Source: Zootoca vivipara
Taxonomy: Eukaryota
Direction of reading: 5' to 3'
NCBI RefSeq assembly: GCF_963506605.1
Contig: NC_083292.1
Span: 12,958,001-13,022,000 of the forward strand
Length of the DNA: 64,000 nucleotides
Shown: positions 38,863 through 50,065 of the stretch, piece by piece
Layout: every line of letters starts with the position of its first letter
Numbering within the stretch: position 1 is the stretch's first letter
Notes under the pieces: model-generated
What the model was told of the DNA's origin: nothing
The model's database searches: none
The model's input: the letters and a program-made list of their open reading frames with translations, nothing else
Program-made: the position numbers and the translations under genes

Positions 38863-39471
38863 CTCCCGGAACCAGGAGTTGGTTGGGAAGAATAAAATAA
38901 CACTGCAGCGTTTCCTGACTTATTTTAGCTTTTCTTTTGTAAAAGAACGTTGTATAGGGGGGTGGTACTCTTGTTCATAAGCAACCTAAGGACATTCTAA
39001 TCTGGTTCTGCACTTTCAAGTGAAGTGTTGTGGTTCAGTGGATTTTACTTAGTAGAACATTGTAAGTTGCGTGTTGATGAAGACAACTCTGGTAACACTG
39101 AGCAGCAGAGACGTGAAAAGAATGTGGATTTCTAATGGCTCCCCTGGAAGGCTGCTTTTTATTCATGGCAGCAAAGTGTTCTTGAATAAGTTGCTTTCTT
39201 GTATGTTAACTTCCCAACACTTGGAAAATAGGCACCCCATGGTTCCCTTACAATTTAGGGCAGGGTTGTGGAAGCCTTGTGGGCAACCTTCCAGGGCCCG
39301 CATGCCAGTGTTGGGCAGGGCCAGAAGCAAAAGCAACAGGTATGAATGACTGATTTTTGTACTCTTGCCTTTGAATGCCTTTGTATGCCAGAACATTCAG
39401 CCATTTGATACCTGACCTGTACTGTGAAGTGTTACAGCTCAGGTGCAGGTTTCTTAGCTAGAACTAGATGG

Positions 39472-39477
39472 AATAAA
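39472..39477 (+). terminator. Candidate UFD1 poly(A) signal AATAAA (a proximal one lies at 38891)
   Basis: Canonical hexamer about 610 nt after the stop codon. Confidence 0.5.
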
Positions 39478-39525
39478 ATTAGTGGTTTACATGCATGTGG
39501 AATGGCTGGTAAAGATATGGTTTAA

Positions 39526-39830
39526 TCATAGAATCATAGAGTTGGAAGAGACCACAAGGGCCATCCAGTCCAACCCCCTGCCAAGCAGGAAACACCATCA
39601 AAGCATTCTTGACATATGTCTGTCAAGCCTCTGCTTAAAGACCTCCAAAGAAGGAGACTCCACCACCCTTCTTGGCAGCAAATTCCACTGTCGAACAGCT
39701 CTTACTGTCAGGAAGTTCTTCCTAATGTTTAGGTGGAATCTTCTTTCTTGTAGTTTGAATCCATTGCTCCGTGTCCGCTTCTCTGTAGCAGCAGAAAACA
39801 ACTTTTCACCCTCCTCTATATGACATCCTT
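39526..39830 (-). mobile_element. CR1 LINE 3' end
   Basis: RTRSNGFKLQERRFHLNIRKNFLTVRAV frame; ATTCTATG tail. Confidence 0.88.
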
Positions 39831-40554
39831 TTTTCTTAATAGTTATCCTGATTAAATAAGAAAACCCCTGCTTAAACCAAAGGCCTATCTAGTCTGGCCT
39901 CCTGCCCTCCCAGTGGCCAGCCAGATGCCCAGGGGAAGCTTGTAAGCAGGACCTGAACGCGACAGCTCTCTCCCCTCCTGTGATTTCCAGCAACTGATAA
40001 TTCAGAAGACAGTGGAGCTAGAACATAACCATCAGGGTTGGTAGCCATTGATCGTCTCATCCTCCATGAATGTTTCAGCATAAATAAGCAAAGCAAAGTT
40101 TCTACCTTCTGATGGCTGAAAAAAGGGCCGCACCATACTGTTGTGTTTTCACATTGTGTAGTTAAGTGCTTAGGCAATTACCGCTATGCCCAAGTTGCCA
40201 ATTGGGGCCTTAGTGACTATTGCAAAAATTTGATAGTACAGTGGGAAACCAGAGAAGCCAAAAAAAAGACTCACTTAGGCTGCAATCCTGTCCTCAGCCA
40301 CCTGGGAGAAAGTTCCATTCAACTCAATATTTACTTCTTAGTAGACTGTTAGGATAATATTTCATTGCATTTTTCTAGGCAACGACCCAGAGAAGTTATT
40401 GTTACCTCGAAGCAGACTGTTCCCTTAGAAATCCTCCCCTTTTATTTTGGGGAAGTGAATATACAGTGGGTTGTGTCCCAGACCTATCGGCGTAGTCTCA
40501 TTGAAATGAATGGAGATGACTAACTTAGGTTTGTTCATTTCAATGGCTCTACAC

Positions 40555-40690
40555 CAGGCACCCCCAAACTTCGGCCCTCCAGATGTTTTGGACTACAATT
40601 CCCATCTTCCCCCACCACTGGCCCTGTTAGCTAGGGATCATGGGAGTTGTAGGCCAAAACATCTGGAGGGCCGCAGTTTGGGGGTGCCTG
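40555..40690. mobile_element. Palindromic hAT MITE
   Basis: Exact TSD ctctacac. Confidence 0.88.
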
Positions 40691-41629
40691 CTCTACACCA
40701 TGGTTGTGTACAAACTGTATATTTAAAGCGCATTCTTTCCCTCAGAGAATTCTGGGTCCTGTAGTTTAAGGTTTGCTGGGAATTCTTAACTGTGGGGTAA
40801 ACTACAGTGCCCAAAAATATTTGAGGGAAAGAATGTGCTTTAAAGGTATAGTGTACAGTATATACAAATGCTGGTTTGGCTAGCGTTAGATATGACCCAA
40901 CACATGTATTTTTTATTTTACATACATACATACACAAATCATTTCATTTGTATGCTGCTGTCCTACTGCATTATCAGCACTGCACTCTGCTATCCAGACT
41001 GAGTTGGTATTGCTGAATAATAATATTACTGTACTAAATAAGGACTTTTAAAAAAAAAGTCATTTTGTTCTTCTCTGTTTTGCACTGGCTACAATTATTT
41101 TGTTTACTGGAGAGTTGTCTTGGCTGTGGGGTCCTGGTGCTCTCGGCAGTGGGCACCCCAAGGTGTGTTTGTGTGTCCAGGGTGTGAGGGGGAGGGGGAG
41201 GCAAGCAGGCCCAGGAAGTGCCAGGAAAACCCGATTTCTAGCAAGGCAGTTCTGCGCTGCGTATTCCATCACTCCCTGCAAGTGTGTGCTTGAGCAGAAT
41301 GGTTCAGAGCATGAGCTATGAGCCAGAAGGCCCCAGTTCAAATCTCAGCTGAGCTACGAATTTGCTGATTGGCGTTTGGTAAGCTGCTGTCTCTCAGTTC
41401 TTGGAAGCCCTCTTTCCCCCCTCTAATTTTGGGAATAACAGTACTGGCCTACCTTACAGGGATGTTGTAAGGATTTCAAGGTAATGTAAAGCGCTTTGAA
41501 CGCTTCGGAAAAGCGCTCTATAAATATTATTATTATTATTATTATCATCATTATTATAATAATAATATTATTATTATTTCAAAAGCACTGGGTGGGTAGG
41601 GAAAGTGTTTTCTCCCCTTGCCCAATTAT

Positions 41630-41859
41630 CCCCCTAATCCGCCTTTCCCCGCCACTCTGAAACCCCCCACATGGCGGAGCCTTCTCCAAACTGCCGCAAA
41701 CTAGAGCCGGAAGTCGTCTCTAAGCCAACCGCTGGGGCTTTACCTCTTTGACTTCGGCTGCTTCTTGGCTTGCGGACGGTAGCGCGGCTGGGTCAATCCG
41801 TCACAAAGCCCCGCCTCTTTACGGAGAGGGAGGGAGGGATGGACGGAGCAGGGAGCAGC
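41630..41859 (+). promoter_or_regulatory. C22orf39 promoter / small CpG island
   Basis: CpG-rich; ETS GCCGGAAGT at ~41706; GC-box CCCCGCCT at ~41809. Confidence 0.65.
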
Positions 41860-41883
41860 ATGGCTGACAGCGATACCTGGAGG
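41860..41883 (+). CDS. C22orf39: C22orf39 homolog exon 1 (MADSDTWR); an in-frame upstream ATG lies at 41839
   Basis: agcATGG context; donor GTAAGC. Confidence 0.85.
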
Positions 41884-42227
41884 GTAAGCGGGGGACGGGG
41901 AGGGGGATAATGTGGGGCTCAGAATAGGAAGGCTGCCTTAAAAAGCCTTCAAGAGACACAGTTGTGTGTAAGCCTTTTATAAGCCTCAAAAGACTGATCT
42001 TTTGTGGCAGAAGGTGTGCAGGCTGCAGAATTCCTTGTGCCTAATACTGTACAGGTATATGAGTCGAATAGGTCCCTTATAGCGCCATCCAGGTGTTCTG
42101 GGACTACAACTCCCATCACCCCTTGCTAGCAGGGAGGGTGGGAGTTGTTCAACAACAACTGGGGCTGAGAAGAGCTGGGTTAGAGCAGTGTTTCTCCAGC
42201 TGCTTTTGGACTACAATTCCTATTACT

Positions 42228-42229
<2 letters not shown>

Positions 42230-42261
<32 letters not shown>

Positions 42262-43740
42262 GCCCCACCCGTCTGGCTGGATTTCCCCAGCCACTCTGGA
42301 CGGCTTACAACATATCTGAAAACATAATAAAAACAGCAATCCTTACAAACTTCCCTAAACAAGGCTGCCTTCAGATGTTTTCTAAAAGTCAGCTTGTTGT
42401 TTATTTCCTTGACATCTGAAGGGAGGGTTTTCCACAGGGCGGGTGCTACTATCAAGAAGGCCCTCTGCCTGGTTCCCTATACTATAGCCTCACTTCTCGC
42501 AGTGAGGGAACCGCCAGAAGACCCTCAGCGGAGGACCTTAGTGTCTTGTCTGAATGATGGAGGTGGAGACGCTCTTTCAGGTATACTGGGCTGAGGCCAT
42601 TCAGGGTTTTAAAGTTCAGCACCAACACTTTGAATTGTGCTCAGAAATTTATTGGGAGCCAGTGAAGATCCTTTAGGACCGGTGTTATATGGTCTCGGCA
42701 GCCACTCACAGTCACCAGTCTAGCTGCCGCATTCTTTATTAGTTGTTTCCGGGTCACCCTCAAAGGTAGCCCCATGTAGAGCTCATTGCAGTATTCCAAG
42801 CGGGAGATAACCAGAACATGCGCCACTCTGGCAAGACAGTCTGTGGGCAGATAGGGTCTCGGCCTGCATACCAGATGGAGCTGGTAAACAGCTGCTGTGG
42901 ACACAGAATTGACCTGCACCTCCATGGACAGCTGTGAGTCCAGTGACTCCCAGGCTGTGCACCTGGTTTTCAGGGACATGGTTACCCCGTTCAGGACCAA
43001 GGGTCCGCCCCCTGTCCCCAAGAACAGTACTTCTTGTCTTGTCAGGATTCAACATCAATCTGTTAGCTGGCATTCACCCACCAACCACTTCAGACACTCA
43101 CACAGGACATTCACTGCCTCCACTGGTTCTGATTTGAAGGAGAGGTAGAGCTGGGTATCATCCACATACTGATGAACACCCAGCCCAAACCCCCTGGTTA
43201 TCTCTCCCAGCAGCTTCATGTAGATGTTAAAAAGCATGGGGGAGAGGACAGAACCCCAAGGCACCCCACAAATGAAAGCCCAGGGGTCCAAACACTCACC
43301 TTCCCAACACCACTTCCTGGGCATGGCCCAGGAGGAAGTTGCGGGACCACTGTATAACAGTGCCCCCAGCTCCCAACTCCTTCAGACAGTCCATAAGGAT
43401 GTCATGATCAATGGTGTCAAAGGCCGCTGAGAGATCCCAGCAGGACCAGGGAACAGCTTTCATCTCAGTCCCTGGCCTGCCAGAGATCATCAACCATCGT
43501 GACCAAGGCAGTTTCAGTCCCATGATGAGGCCTGAATCCCGATTGGAAGGGATCCAAATGGTTTGCATCCTCCAGGTGTGTCTGGAGTTGTTCAACGACC
43601 ATGTGCTCAATCGCCTTGCCCAAGAATGGAAAATTTGAGACTGGGTGATAGTTGGCCATGAAGGCCAGGTCCAAAGATTTTTTTTTTAAGAAGCGGTTTA
43701 ATAACCACCTCTTTGAGCGGGTCTGGGAAGGCACCTGGAA
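42230..43740 (-). mobile_element. 5'-truncated, frameshifted L2-clade LINE in C22orf39 intron 1
   Basis: RT fragments (DPFQSGFRPHHGTETAL, DLSAAFDTIDH, GSVLSPMLFNIYM, QYVDDTQLY); (TAA)n tail. Confidence 0.9.
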
Positions 43741-43849
43741 CAGAAGAGCACTTTGCACTGCAACATTTTGTTGGAGGTTCTTTGGTCCTCTCTGTCCTGT
43801 AGACGAGGGTTGATTCCTTGCTTATACATTTTGTGTGTTTGTTTGGCAG

Positions 43850-44017
43850 CCCCCACGAGCCTGCGATGACTACTGGTCTGAATGGAAACATTGCAAGAGC
43901 ATCCCAAATCTGTTCCATTACTACTATACCTATGGGGAAGCACCTTCCTGTAAGCAGTGGAAGAGAGATTATGAGAACTGTAAAGCATGGGAGAAGACAA
44001 AAAGTTCAAAGGCTAAG
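43850..44017 (+). CDS. C22orf39: C22orf39 homolog exon 2 (PPRACDDYWSEWKHCKS...CKQWKRDYENCKAWEKTKSSKAK)
   Basis: AG/GTATGC; 168 nt; Cys/Trp pattern of UPF0545/C22orf39. Confidence 0.92.
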
Positions 44018-45060
44018 GTATGCCAAGGGACAAAGCGCGGGTTTGTAACAATGGAAAAATCCATTCATAGGAAGCTGCCTTTTACTCAACCATCAATGTA
44101 TCTAGCTCAGACTAGTCTTCTGTAGGGTGGGCAGATTTCAGATGTGTCAGATCTACGTTGCTTCCCCCCCCCCCCCGTAACCTCAGGATTGAGCAACTAG
44201 AGCAGGCATCCCCAAACCTCAGCCCTCCAGATGTTTTGTTTTTTAAAAAATATTTTTTATTAATTTTACACAATAAAGCAAGATATACATAACATATTCT
44301 CCCCCTTCTTCTACCCCCCCCCCACAAGCCCTCTCCTGCCACGAGAGAGTCCCATGCAAAGGGGATAGTTGAAGGTGGTCCATTTTATAATTGGGTTTGT
44401 CCCCTCCTCCCTCTCTCCCCCTCCCCCGAGCCCCCTCCTGCCACCAGGAAGCTCTAGGATGGCGAGGGAAGATAAAGGAGGGTCTCCACCCAACTATCTA
44501 TCTATACATATCTTATAAAAAAGAAAAGCCCCGCCTCCCCACAAAAAATGAAAAAAGGAAAAGAAAAAAAAACAGAAAAGTAAAAACAGAAAAAAAGAAG
44601 AAATATACCATATCCATTCATTATCCATAAACATTATTTTGAAGGCTTCCCCTACTTCCCCCCTTCCCTGGTCTTCATTTTTAATTCTCCTTTAACAGTT
44701 TTCTTATCATTGTCCCCCTTTTTTGGGCCAATTTTTCTAACCTTATTTTAAATATACTAATCCTTTTTCTTATGACTTCTTACAACATTCTAAATTTAAT
44801 ATTATCATTTTCATAACATATCTTAATTCAACCTATTCAAAATCTACTTTCTTCCCTTGCCTATTTTTTCCTCCAAAAACCTCCATAACTTTTAAACCAT
44901 TTTTTCATTCCCAATTTTAATTCACTATATGACTATCCTCTAATATTCCTTCTCTTCCCCTATTCCCAGCTAACCCCTTCCATTCCAGCAAGTTCCATAA
45001 TCGTCAGTCCAGTTTTCAGTCCTTTTAATCAGTCCTAGTAATCAAATGTCCATTCTCCCT

Positions 45061-45472
45061 TCATCCCACCCCCTTTCTCCAATGTTTTACAACCCAGCTA
45101 TCATTGTGCCGTGCCCCCCCCCTGGATTTTTCCGCTTCTTTGAACGTCCTTTTCCTTGTTGGTGTTCTGCATTCCTACAAGTTCCTGTCCTTCCCTCCAC
45201 ATAAGAGGGATATTCCTCAGGCCTTCTTGTTGTACGTATTCCTCTTTTCCTTCGTGGTGGACTTCATTTTGGTTTACACTATCACTGTCACTGTCTTTCG
45301 ATTCAATTTCTGTACTGTCTTCGTCTGGTATTCCATCATTAGTGTCCTCCATCTGTAGTTGCTGCTTTATTTCTTGCAGTTGTATTCCGTCATGATACAT
45401 TCCAATTTTCAGTTCCCACAGGCTTCTCAAAACATTTTGCTGAAACCCAGGTGGATACACTTTTGTTGACAT
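45061..45472 (-). CDS. Element A small acidic ORF (123 aa as read; 136 aa ending WVVKHWRKGVG* if one G is removed from the G9 run at 45114-45122)
   Basis: Homologous to the element B ORF; 12 of the first 23 residues identical. Confidence 0.55.
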
Positions 45473-45990
45473 TTTCCAGTCCTTTCAAGGTCAAAACTTG
45501 TCTTGGGGGACGGGAAATGGTCGCTACTTATTTCCCCAACCGCATTTTCACAAAACTGGCTGCAATGTATTTTCTCAAAGTCCTGTTACACTAAATTCTA
45601 TGCAAATATTTAACATATAAATTCCAGAAAGTCAAGATCTCTTTTCCTTCTTTTCCTATATAATATCCTAATAAACTCGCTGATCTGTCAGGGCTGCCGG
45701 CTCCAGGGAAGAAATAGGCTTTTCCCAATTCTGATTCCTCTCTTTGCAGGGAATTTTAATCACCAATCCTTCTCCCCTTTTACCCTGCTTCCAGGGGAGA
45801 ATCTTTTTTAAGTCCTTGGAGATATCTTTATATTAAAAAGAAAATTCTGATCTCGGCTTCGGGTACTTTTATTAACTGCTTCTTAAAACTACCAGTGGGA
45901 GGAGGTGGCTTCCGTTTTCTCTCTCTCTCCCATTTCCAAATTATCATCTAATAAAATGCTTTTAAATCCTTTACTCACAGTCTTTTTTCC

Positions 45991-48044
45991 TTTTTTTTTT
46001 TAAACATACTTTTTATTAATTTTACAGAATACAAAAAAACAAAAAAAAACAAAAACGGTACATACATAAACACCTTTTCCACCTCCTTCCTACCCACCCA
46101 CATGGGTCCTCCCCTGCCACAGAAGTATCCCATGTATGTGAACAGTCAGAGATGTTCCATTTTATGCTTGGATTTCTGTCCTCCTCCCCCTCCCCTGACC
46201 CCAAAGCCCCCCCCTGCCACCAGGGAGCTCCAGCAAACCAGGGCAGTACGCAGGAGGCCATCCATCCAACCATCTATTGTCATACCAAAAAAAAAAGAGA
46301 AAAATAGAAATAGGAAAAAAGAAAAAAAAGAAAGGGCAAAAAAAGAGAAAAAAACAATACAAAACAGAAAATTTTTTCTTACATTCATGATTTTAAAACC
46401 ATATTTTGTGGGCTTCCCCCCCCCTTCCCCGGTTTTCATCCCTTTTTTATCATCTGCAACAGTTTCTTAGTTTATAGAAATACACCTTTGTATCTTATAC
46501 AACTTCAAATCACTGAAAAATCAAACTCCCATTTTATCTTCCCGTGCCTAATTTTTTCTCCCTCTATAAGCCTCCATATTTTCACATTTTCCAAAATCCA
46601 TTCACTTTTAAAACTATAACTATTCTCAACTTAAACTTACATCCCCGATTACCGGCTCCACCCCCCCAATCCAGCAAATTCCATAATCAGCAGACCAGTT
46701 ATAAACCTGTTAATCCATCCATGTAATCACAACATCACTTTCCCTTCACCCCACCCCCTGTTTACAGTCTTTTGCCATCCAGGCCACCATACAGGGCCCC
46801 TGAATTTCTTCTCTTCTCTGCATATTTTTTCCTTCTTCCCTGTGGGCGTTCTGGAGTTCCAATAATACCAATCGTGCCCCCCTCAAAAGCGGGGCACTCC
46901 ATCCAACTTTTTGTAGAGTAAAGTCATCATTTTTTCCGTGGTGTGCTTCATTTTGTGTTAAATCATCACAGTCCTCATCTTCATCTTTTCCTTCCAAATC
47001 ACAGTCATCATCATTGTCATTCTCACATTCATCTTTTTCAGTGTCAAAAGCTTCATCTCCTAAAAAATCATATTCTGCCATCACCATCTGAAATTTTCCC
47101 TGTAACTCTTGCCGTCGTGTCTCCTCTTGACATAGCACTATTCTTGTTTCCCACATTAAGGTCAAAACAGACCGCTGGAACTCAGGGGAACACTTTTTTG
47201 TTGACATAATTCAATCCTGCCAAGGTCAAAACTTGTCACGTGGGGTGGAATATGATCACAGTTTATTTTCTCGACTCCATTTTAACAAGCTGGCTGCATT
47301 CTTCAAGTCTTATTAACAATACAGTTCGAACTCACATTTCACAAACATTTAAACCAGAAAAGAAATTCCACAAAGTCCAGAAATACAAAATGAAATAAAA
47401 ATTGACTCATAAATCCTGATCAACTCACTGGGTTGCCTGGGCTGCCGGCTCCCGAGGAAAAGAAAGATTTTTCTCAGCCTTTACCTCTTGCTGCAGGGCA
47501 GTCATAAACCACAGTCTCTCTCCCCTTCTCACCCTGCATCAAAGGGGAGATTCTCTTTGATGCCTTTGAGGGATCCTTTGAATTGTAAATCTTCTGTTTG
47601 TGGCTTCGGGTTTCTATTTACTGTCTCTTTTGTTGCCGTGGGGGGGGGTGGCTTCCTCTTTTCTCCCCTCTCTCCCAGATCCAAATTGTTTTATAATCCA
47701 AATCGTGAGGTTACTTACAATCTTTTCCAATCGTTTTATTTTCGGAAGAATCCAGCGCTCTCCGCCTTCGGCTCGAAGCTTCTCCCTGCTAGAATAACGT
47801 TGCCGCTCAAAATGGCCCCCGCGACTTCTACCCTCCTCGCTCCGGGGCTCTTATTAGAGCTAACCGAAGAGTTGGGGAGTCCGGATTTGGGCTGTGCCGA
47901 GCAAATTGCCCCCGGGACGCCCTTCCCGAGGTTCTAAGGGGCGCAGCGTCGCTCTCGCTGCCCTCCCCACTCCTAGCAGGGACGGGCCGTCTCGGAGACG
48001 AGACGAGACCCCGCCGATCGGCGCTGGCGCTGAATCCGGAAGCC
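45991..48044 (-). mobile_element. Apparently full-length ~2.05 kb non-autonomous poly(A) retroelement (element B), nested in element A
   Basis: Exact 19-bp TSD tactcacagtcttttttcc (45972-45990 and 48045-48063); A11 tail; AATAAA at 46017-46012; CpG-rich 5' end beginning GGCTTCCGG. Confidence 0.9.
46746..47207 (-). CDS. Element B small acidic ORF, 153 aa (MSTKKCSPEFQRSVL...WMAKDCKQGVG*), function unknown
   Basis: Intact ATG-to-stop ORF homologous to the element A ORF. Confidence 0.6.
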   Translation of the reverse strand: MSTKKCSPEFQRSVLTLMWETRIVLCQEETRRQELQGKFQMVMAEYDFLGDEAFDTEKDECENDNDDDCDLEGKDEDEDCDDLTQNEAHHGKNDDFTLQKVGWSAPLLRGARLVLLELQNAHREEGKNMQRREEIQGPCMVAWMAKDCKQGVG

Positions 48045-50003
48045 TACTCACAGTCTTTTTTCCAGCTTGTTCTTTGGAGGTATCCAGCGCTCTCCGCCTC
48101 CAGCTCGGAGCTTCACTCCACTAGGGTAACGCTGTCGCTCAAGATGGCCCCCGCGACTACCACCCTTCTCGCTCCGGGGTTCTTATTAGAGATTACCGGA
48201 GAGTTGGGGAGTCCGGATTGGAGCTCTGCTGAGCAATTTCGTCCCCGGGACACTCGACCCGGGGTTCTTTGGGGCGCAGCGGGCCCTCCAGATGTTTTGG
48301 ACTACAATTCCCATCTTCCCTGACCACTGGTCCTGTTAGCTAGGGATCATGGGAGTTGTAGGCCAAAACATCTGGAGGGCCGCAGTTTGGGGGTGCCTGA
48401 ACTAGAGCCAGGTGCAAATAACACACCATCAAAACTAAATAATAGAGTGTTCAAAACAGTGGTTTGCCTGCTGCTCTCAAACAATGGTTCAACTCAATCC
48501 CACACAGAGTAAGGAAACAGAAATTGATGAGCATAGAGTGGGTGTATTTCTTAATGCCACTGGGTCTGTTATGAGTAGGACTGGCATTGGTTGCAGCCTA
48601 TCGTGTGGTTCGTAATGATGGTGAGTACAAACTGGTTTTGCAATACAGGCAACCCCCAATTTCTGCTGGAGTTGCATTTTGTGTCATTGCACGCTACAGT
48701 GTAGTGCAAACCCACCCCGTCCGGGTCTGATCAGGCGGGCGCATGCCTGGAATGCATGCAAAATGGTCGTTGTCTGTATGTCCTAACCTAAGCACAACAG
48801 AAATGCTAAATATATTTGGTTCTCTGTACTCCCGTGTTATCCATCCTCAGCATACTCATTCAAGTTTAACAGACATAATGAACTTGGATTAATTTCCGTG
48901 GTTGTACTGAAATGAGTAGAACGGGTGCGAGGAACCTTTGGCTCCCCAGTGTTGCTGAACAACTCCCGTCAGCCCCAGCAAGCATGGGCAATGGCCAGGG
49001 ATGGTGGGGGTTGTAGTTCAGCAAGATCTGGAGGGCCAAAGCTCACCCACACCTGCAGAACTAGCTGGATACAACCCTTATTTTCAATACCAGAACTACT
49101 TTTGCACACAATCTCATGTCTTGTTACCCCCAAGTTTGCTTTATTGTAGCAGCATAACTTTTTTTATCAACTATTATTGTTGTTTATTAGTTCTTTTATA
49201 TACAGTACCACTAAATTGCCAAGGCAGCTTCTAAACGGTTTACAAGTATAAAATCACTAACCAAAATTGGGTTTTTGTTGTTACTATGGGGAGTCGGAAC
49301 CCCTTACTGATCTACCGATAACCCAGATATTTAACCAGTAGATGCCCCCACTCCATCTACCACAAGCCCATCCCTGATGTACATCAACACTGATTGGCAG
49401 CTGCTCCCCACCATTTCACACAGGTGCTTTTCCCTAACCCTTACCTGGAGATGCTGGGGATTGAACCTGGGACATTTTGCAGGCATCCTTCTCTTAATAC
49501 CGAGGGACATAGAAAGCTGCCTTACACTGAGTCAGACCATTGGTCCATCAATCAGTACTGTCTGCACTGGCAGCAGCTCCGGTATTCCAGTCTTTCCCAG
49601 TCCTATCTGGAGGTTGAAGCTGAGACCTTCTGCACCCAAAGCAGGTGTTCTACCAGTGAGCCATGCATGACCTACAAGATGGCTCAGTTGGTAGAGCATG
49701 AGACTCTGGATCTCATTGTTCAATGGGTTCAAGTCCCATTTAGGGCAAAGGTTTCCTACATTGCAGGGGGTTGGACTAGACGATGCTCGTGGCCCCTGAC
49801 AATTCTAAGATTGCAGACAAAGCTTTCTTTTACCAGCTGGGACCATTGGCCTGCCTGGGTCAGGAACGCCTACCCTGAGATGCGTATCCAGCTCTCCAGG
49901 ATTTCACAGTTGTTTCAAGCCCTACCTGGAGACCCCAGTTTGAACCCGAGATCTTCTGTTCTGCATAGCACCATGCTCACTGAGGGCATTGTATGAATAA
50001 TAG

Positions 50004-50044
<41 letters not shown>

Positions 50045-50065
50045 GATGATTCTGTCTTTTTCCAG

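Larger units (their letters stand above)
44239..48282 (-). mobile_element. Related ~2 kb non-autonomous poly(A) retroelement (element A), interrupted by element B and ~95 nt shorter at its 5' end
   Basis: 17-bp TSD gccctccagatgttttg (44222-44238 and 48283-48299); AATAAA at 44261-44256 with an A-rich tail; colinear with element B. Confidence 0.88.
44203..48399. mobile_element. hAT MITE split by elements A and B
   Basis: Arms caggcatccccaaac / gtttgggggtgcctg; exact 8-bp TSD aactagag (44195-44202 and 48400-48407). Confidence 0.9.

Noticed and set aside
46022-46470. Lys-rich and Phe-rich ORFs in element B 3' region (and 44391-44630 in A)
   Set aside because: Low-complexity A/T tracts of the 3' UTR; frames are not conserved between A and B.
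49675-49750. tRNA-like A/B-box sequence
   Set aside because: Degenerate head of a tRNA-derived SINE; no intact cloverleaf.
49394-49996. 200-aa ORF in C22orf39 intron 2
   Set aside because: Patchwork of decayed tRNA-derived SINE pieces in both orientations; chance open frame.
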